From positions 49,848,001-49,912,000 of the forward strand of contig OZ024749.1 in NCBI GenBank assembly GCA_964016885.1: a stretch of 64,000 bases of DNA, in the 5' to 3' direction. Source of the DNA: Eledone cirrhosa. Its lineage: Eukaryota. This document shows, piece after piece, positions 57,202 through 64,000 of this stretch; positions within the stretch are counted from its first letter, which is position 1; each line of letters begins with the position of its first letter. The translations under genes and the position numbers were made by a program. The notes beneath the pieces were generated by a model, which made no database searches, had not been told where the DNA came from, and saw only the letters and a program-made list of their open reading frames with translations.

Positions 57202-57358
57202 ATATATATAGATTTTGAGTTTATGTTGGTTGTATACCAACACCTCAGTATGCAGGCTGGAGCACTCGACGAAGTGCGCAGGTTGGTTTGGTTACTCCGG
57301 AGTAGTGTAAAATAAAGTTAAATAAAAGTCAAATGATTAAAATTTAGCTTCGTTTATT

Positions 57359-57413
57359 ACTGCTATATATATTTCAGTGACAGCCATCTTTGGCTGTGAC
57401 CTCTTCAGGCAGT
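57359..57413 (-). ncRNA. Intact minimal hammerhead, minus polarity, unit 1
   Basis: Exact reverse complement of 57496-57550. Confidence 0.85.
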
Positions 57414-57495
57414 TTGAATTAGTATGGTATAGACAAGTACATATGTTGTTTAGGTGTATGATATTGTCAATACTCTGATATGCCCAGTTCCTCAA

Positions 57496-57550
57496 ACTGC
57501 CTGAAGAGGTCACAGCCAAAGATGGCTGTCACTGAAATATATATAGCAGT
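57496..57550 (+). ncRNA. Intact minimal hammerhead, plus polarity, unit 1
   Basis: ACTGC-CTGAAGA-GGTcACAGCCA aaga TGGCTGTcACT-GAAA-TATATA-TA-GCAGT, then AATAAA. Confidence 0.88.
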
Positions 57551-57594
57551 AATAAACGAAGCTAAATTTTAATCATTTGACTTTTATTTAACTT

Positions 57595-57767
<173 letters not shown>

Positions 57768-57833
57768 GCGGGAGTGAGTGTGTTCTGTTATTAATTCTGG
57801 CAATATTACGCAAATATGACCCTCCCCAAGTAT

Positions 57834-57903
<70 letters not shown>

Positions 57904-58060
57904 ATATATATAGATTTTGAGTTTATGTTGGTTGTATACCAACACCTCAGTATGCAGGCTGGAGCACTCGACGAAGTGCGCAGGTTGGTTTGGTTACTCC
58001 GGAGTAGTGTAAAATAAAGTTAAATAAAAGTCAAATGATTAAAATTTAGCTTCGTTTATT

Positions 58061-58115
58061 ACTGCTATATATATTTCAGTGACAGCCATCTTTGGCTGTG
58101 ACCTCTTCAGGCAGT
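58061..58115 (-). ncRNA. Intact minimal hammerhead, minus polarity, unit 2
   Basis: Copy of 57359-57413 shifted by 702. Confidence 0.85.
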
Positions 58116-58197
58116 TTGAATTAGTATGGTATAGACAAGTACATATGTTGTTTAGGTGTATGATATTGTCAATACTCTGATATGCCCAGTTCCTCAA

Positions 58198-58252
58198 ACT
58201 GCCTGAAGAGGTCACAGCCAAAGATGGCTGTCACTGAAATATATATAGCAGT
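58198..58252 (+). ncRNA. Intact minimal hammerhead, plus polarity, unit 2
   Basis: Copy of 57496-57550 shifted by 702. Confidence 0.85.
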
Positions 58253-58296
58253 AATAAACGAAGCTAAATTTTAATCATTTGACTTTTATTTAACTT

Positions 58297-58361
<65 letters not shown>

Positions 58362-58858
58362 GTTACATAAACATATATTTCTCTATGAGTATCTGTTTAT
58401 ATATATATGTAGATAAATTCATATATACATATAAATGCTTACGTGTGTTTGTATATACTTATATACTAACCACTGTGTTTATGTACATAACTTGGAAGGA
58501 TCGTGACACAGTAGTTCTCTTAGTGAATGACATTGATGCAAACGCATCAAAGCGAAGAAAAAGTCGGTGAATGTAAATGTGAAAAATCTTTACAGCTGTC
58601 TTTGCTGATGATTGAATGTAGGTGTAGTATTATCTGCAGCTATTCATGTGTAGCAGACACTGCAATAGCTCGGGAGATATGTTTTGTTCGTCGAGACAAA
58701 GGTAGTATGAATTCACTCCTTTGGACAATAGGAAATGAGAAGGAAAATCAAATGATTACACATGAGTAAACGCAGTGAACATCATTAATGATTCCATCGA
58801 CGGATAGATTCTCTCTGTTAAATAGACTTTGTAATTTTGGCAATTTCACATTCATTTA

Positions 58859-58995
<137 letters not shown>

Positions 58996-58996
58996 C

Positions 58997-59064
<68 letters not shown>

Positions 59065-59068
<4 letters not shown>

Positions 59069-59154
59069 AAACTGGGACGGGAACAAACACACAGAGGCAG
59101 TACAAACAAAGGTTTATTAGTTTCACGCTCTTGAGAGTGGGGTGATGGTGGGGA

Positions 59155-59156
<2 letters not shown>
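59065..59156 (-). mobile_element. pLTR tail fragment related to 46645-46735
   Basis: Shared CAGTACAA..GTTTATTA.TTTCACGCTC..GAGAGTGGGG; embedded in (AT)n. Confidence 0.65.
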
Positions 59157-59243
<87 letters not shown>

Positions 59244-59603
59244 TGTATATATATATATATATGCATATATATGTAAATACAGACATAGTGTTTACTATTA
59301 CATTGAAATCACAGTATACTTTTCTCTAATTTTCGTTTTAACAATTGTGCTTATACAAAGTGTTGTGCTGTCTCCCTGCTTGTAAATGATAAGCAGAAGC
59401 CTCCGAATAATACTAGCAAAACGAATGAACGTAAGACTGCTGATTGTTTCCTAAGGTTTGGATGGTTAAGGCTTGGAATAGCCAAAAGTGTGGGGAAGAT
59501 GATGATAGTATTTAAAATGGTGCTGAATAATTCAATGAAAGCACTGAATTTTTCAGACACACATTGAACGATTCAATTTAATCTGCGCATAAGCACACAC
59601 ACA

Positions 59604-59667
<64 letters not shown>

Positions 59668-59689
59668 TACCGCACACACACACACACAC

Positions 59690-59721
<32 letters not shown>

Positions 59722-61970
59722 TTGTGTGTGTGTGTGTGTGTGTACGCGTGTGTGTGTGTGCAGTGTATGTGTGTATGTGTACGTATGCAATGAATGTATA
59801 TATATATATATATATCTGTGCGTATGGATGTGTGCGTGTACGTGCGTGTGTGCGTGCGTGTACTTATGCCTGCACATGCGTCAATATAGAATTCATTGTT
59901 ATTGTTAATAGTAGTGGGTAAAAAGGTGCATGAATATCGTGAAGTACATGCAGTTTCAATCGTTTTAACATAGTTGGAAGAAGATATATTTGTGGACATT
60001 TACAATAATAATTGTCTTTGTTTTTTACGTAATTATTACATTTTAAATTTACAGATATTTGTTTAATGTAAACCGCCGCTCCGTAGTCAAGAATATATTC
60101 ACAGTAGTACAGATTCTTTACGTCCGTATGTCTAAGGGATTGTCACAGGGGTTTTACTGAGTATCCAATTGTAAGAAAATGCTACTTTTTACCCTGGACG
60201 TATTTAAGCTTTTATCAGAAACAGATAAATTTGAATTTGTGATGAGAAACTGATCTTCTTTCACGCTAAATAAGCCGGGCAAACTCTAGATCATGACTCA
60301 TTGGCGCCATTTTGTTGGCATTTAAACTTTCGGATATTGGAGTATTGTTGTGTCTCTAAAATGTATGTAGATGTTGTTCACTGGAACTAGCTGCAAGTTT
60401 TCTCAGTTTCCTCTCCTTTCAAAGTTATATTCAAGTAATTTCGTGGGATTGGACAAATAACTCAGCCGTCATGGTGTTAATGATATAACAGTATTAGCGA
60501 CACGCCAACAATTCATTTACGACACACTCAGAATGTCTTCCCATAGCCTACGATGAAATACAATATATGATTGCCTAACGCAGCGTATTATATGCTACGT
60601 TAAATAATAAATATATATTGCATTATAATGTATATTGCATGAACAAATTCTTCGAGAATGTTCACATAAGAACCTTTCCTTTCATTACCTAAACGCCTCC
60701 TTCGAATTTAGAAGTATCCATCTACGTATACTTCACTCGTACTTAAAGCTAATAGTCATATGCATAGAACCGTTGACGGAGGAGAACATGTTTCCAAGCT
60801 GCAGACATGGCCAAATATAATGCTATTTTGATATCCATTAATTTTCGCATGTCGGATTTGGCACTTCATATAAATGTACATGGATGGATTAAACTCCTAA
60901 TTTAGTTTTCATAAATATTCGTTATCACTTCAAATAACGTGTATGAATCCAAATGTGAAAGAGAAATATGATATGGCTTAAAATTGTACTATAATTTAAT
61001 TTGCAAATGCTTAATATGATTCTCCGATTAATGAGGAAACTGTTTTTGTTAGCAAATATCAGATTTATATTCGTTATCATTTAATCTTAATGTTTAAAGA
61101 AAACCTTCTGGAAACTATTAAAGACATGAAGCGACATTTTGTTAATAACATGCTTAGCTATCTTTATTTCTCTTTGAAAATGTCCATGCAATAATTTGAT
61201 TTTTTAATTGGGAATTTGATCAGTTTCCTCTTTTTAAGCTCTGAATATGTTATTCATTCAGCTTTGTTTATTAATATTCAAACAACCAGAATATTGGAAC
61301 CCATTACTTTACTCCTGCTGGAATAATATATACGGTATTTAATATGTTTATTGATTTGTTAGAATAAAATATTTTATCTTTTATTACGATCATATATTTT
61401 TTTTATTAAACATTATTAAAAGAAAACTGAGTGTAATGTAATTTTGAATTATAATGATATTTATATATAATTTATATTGCAAAGTAAGACATTGGATTAC
61501 ACTTCATGGCCATAAGTTTATGAATGTTGATGACTCGATTTAATGAATGCGAATTAGTGATACAATCCTTATAAGCAAATCATTGAACGATATGAAATAT
61601 ACACAATATGATATATTATTGTACATCTTTACTCTCAGCACACATAAATTTATCATGACAAATTGTTGGGATTAGCTACAATCATTCAGAAAATAATGGC
61701 ACCAAACTAGTAAATTGATAATTGTTTTGTCTGAAGGATATAGCGATGCTATATTAACAGGCTTATTTATGATACCAAATATATAAACATGAAAAGAATA
61801 ACAGACATTTTTTACTAATAATGGTTTCTTTATTGGACGGTGGTGTCTCTAGGATAAATCTTTGCTTTTATTACTTGCATTAAACATATAAAAAAAAATA
61901 GACAAATAAAATCTGCAATAATATTTATGACAATAAATACAATTATTCTCAATACACTATTTTGTTTTCC

Positions 61971-62268
61971 TTTATCTTGCTTTATGTTCATACGAGTTAT
62001 CACCAAGTCACAACCAGTGACCTCAAGAGACAACAAGATCCGCCATGTTCTAGAAAGGACATGCATACACACACACGCATCGTTAGGTGTTTAGACGTGT
62101 GATGTACTTATATTGACAGAATGTTCCTTAGTATATGGGCAGTTCCCATTAGTACTATCTTTTTATTTCTTCTATACGTGGGTTACCTGGGATTTGGGAT
62201 AAGTAATCATTAGATCCCTTAGGGATCATTCCTAGAGCGCCTACAACCGCTGGTATTGTTGTAGTTAT
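61971..62268 (-). mobile_element. R4/Dong-type LINE family A 3' fragment
   Basis: Reverse complement of about 18090-18385. Confidence 0.88.
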
Positions 62269-62295
62269 CATTCCTAGAACACCTACTTATTATTA

Positions 62296-62480
62296 TTGGC
62301 AGTATGTGTAGAGGATCTGACGCCATGCATTGCAGCAAAGAGTTACAGCCCTTTATGGTCTGAGTTCAAATCTCGCGAGGTTAACTTTGCATTTCATCCT
62401 TACGGGGTCGATAAAATAAAGTACCAGTAATGCACTGAAATAATTGCTGGCCTTGTGCCTAAAGTAGAAACCGTTATTAT
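62296..62480 (+). mobile_element. SINE copy 12
   Basis: Family match, with ATT repeats on both sides. Confidence 0.88.
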
Positions 62481-62504
62481 TATTTATTATTTTTATTATT
62501 ATTT

Positions 62505-64000
62505 CTGTGGTGAGAGTGAACGGTCACCTTTCGGAACGGTTGAACATCATGCGCTAGGTCCGCCAATGATGTGCCGTCTCGTCCCTCTTGTACGTATTGA
62601 CTCTCGAGCCATTACTGCACAGACTGGAGACGTTTGAGGGGGTCCCACGTGAACTAGGATGCCGAAGATTCGTGTCAGCAAATGCGAACGATGTCACAGT
62701 AGTAGTGTCGAACGCCAAACACATCGAGGCGATCGGCACCACACTAAGAGAATACGAATCGGTGACAGGAGAAAAGCTCAACCGAGAAAAGTCGGTGGGC
62801 CTGCAGCTCGGCACCTGAGGAGGCAGATGCATGCCGTCCAACAGCGTCGTCGGGCGCTGGACGGACGGACCGGTTAAATTGGTAGGGGTCTGGTTCGGTC
62901 CAGACTTCCAGACGGACAAAATCTGGGAGTAGGTGACGAGCAGGATCGCTTCTCTCACTCAGAAATGGACAGCGAGGAAGCTATCACTGAAAGGTCGAGC
63001 GGAGGTGGCGAATTCGTACTAGGCGTCCGTCATCTACTAGCGCCTGACCGACGTGCCTTGTTCTAAGCCTCGCCTGACAGCACTAGAGCTTTGCTCTTTC
63101 ACCTTTTGTGGAAGGAACGCGCTCCGATGGTCTGGTGGTTCATCTGCTGTGAACACACGTGGAGGGCTAGCCATGCCGTGGCTGATGATGCGCAGACACG
63201 CGCTCGGGCTACGACATCTCCACATCTTCCTCAACGGTGATCAGGTGTGGTCGCCGTTTGCTAGACGCGTCTTTCCCCAGCTCGTCTCATTGACGGAGCT
63301 GCAGTCCTGGGTCAAGCGAAGACCGATCCTGGAATGTCTTCACGCGCTCACGGCCCTCGACCAGTCGTGCAATGTGATCGGTGGAAACTCCACCTTGGCG
63401 TTCTATAGAGGATTAGTGGAGGGGAAAAGTGACGAAGTACGTGGGGAAACTCTAGGCGTCGACGAAAATCAACTAGCCAATCTCTTCGGAAGAACTTTCG
63501 GGCCGGGGCCTATGGACAATTTCCAGAAATACCTGGCCTGGCAGTGCTACCGAGGAGCTTTGCTAGTTCCGGATAAACTCTACAGGCACGGAAGTGCCTT
63601 CAGCCAGGCATGTCCGAGATGCGCGCAGGACGACGAAACCGTCCTGCACGCACTCGTTCAGAGTCCGAGCATTGCTGACTTGTGGGTTTATGTCGAACAT
63701 CTGCTGTCGCGTGTAGGACGGATCTAGCTATCAGCTGAGTCCATCGTGAGGATTGCCCGCCCTCTTCCTTTAGCCGGGAAGGGCAGGCAGTTTGTATCTG
63801 TGTTTTTATCAGGCCATGGCGAAAGAGATAGTATGGTGGACACGTTTGAAAGGGCTGCAGACGAGCACTTACCTCATCGGTGATGCCCTGATTAACTTTT
63901 TCAAATTTCATTTGAAAAGGAAAATCAGGGTAAAGAGGGGAGTGCTCTCTTCCCAGCATTTTGTTGTAATATGGGTGAGAGAAGCAAGAATGGCCCGAGT
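62505..64000 (+). pseudogene. Degenerate Tx1/L1-clade LINE ORF2 (RT C-terminal half plus zinc-finger region), running off the window
   Basis: LYVLTLEPLL, SANANDVTV (decayed YADD), GEKLNREKS, KLSLKGRAEV, RGGLAMP, CPRCAQDDETVLHAL; several stops and frameshifts; GC-rich relative to flanks. Confidence 0.85.

Overview
AT-rich, repeat-saturated animal genomic DNA. No host protein-coding gene could be supported; nearly all listed ORFs are translations of (AT)n, (AC)n, (AG)n, (AAT)n or (ACT)n microsatellites. A tRNA-derived SINE with a Meta-SINE central domain suggests an octopod cephalopod (inference). The window holds 12 copies of that SINE, 5'-truncated R4/Dong-type LINEs stacked in (AAT)n arrays, CRE-, RTE- and Tx1/L1-type LINE remnants, and many Penelope-like element (PLE) fragments. 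Not visible in the ORF track is a dense layer of hammerhead ribozyme (HHR) motifs, well over a dozen cores on both strands. Three stand out: (i) a solitary, fully folded type I hammerhead with a long stem I and two non-canonical core bases (36222-36311); (ii) a tandem-duplicated ~702-nt unit carrying intact minimal hammerheads in both polarities (about 56890-58303); (iii) a related intact hammerhead at 56207 with a compensatory base-pair change. Long fold-back inverted repeats centred on self-complementary microsatellites also recur. All calls were made by eye; no search or folding program was run.
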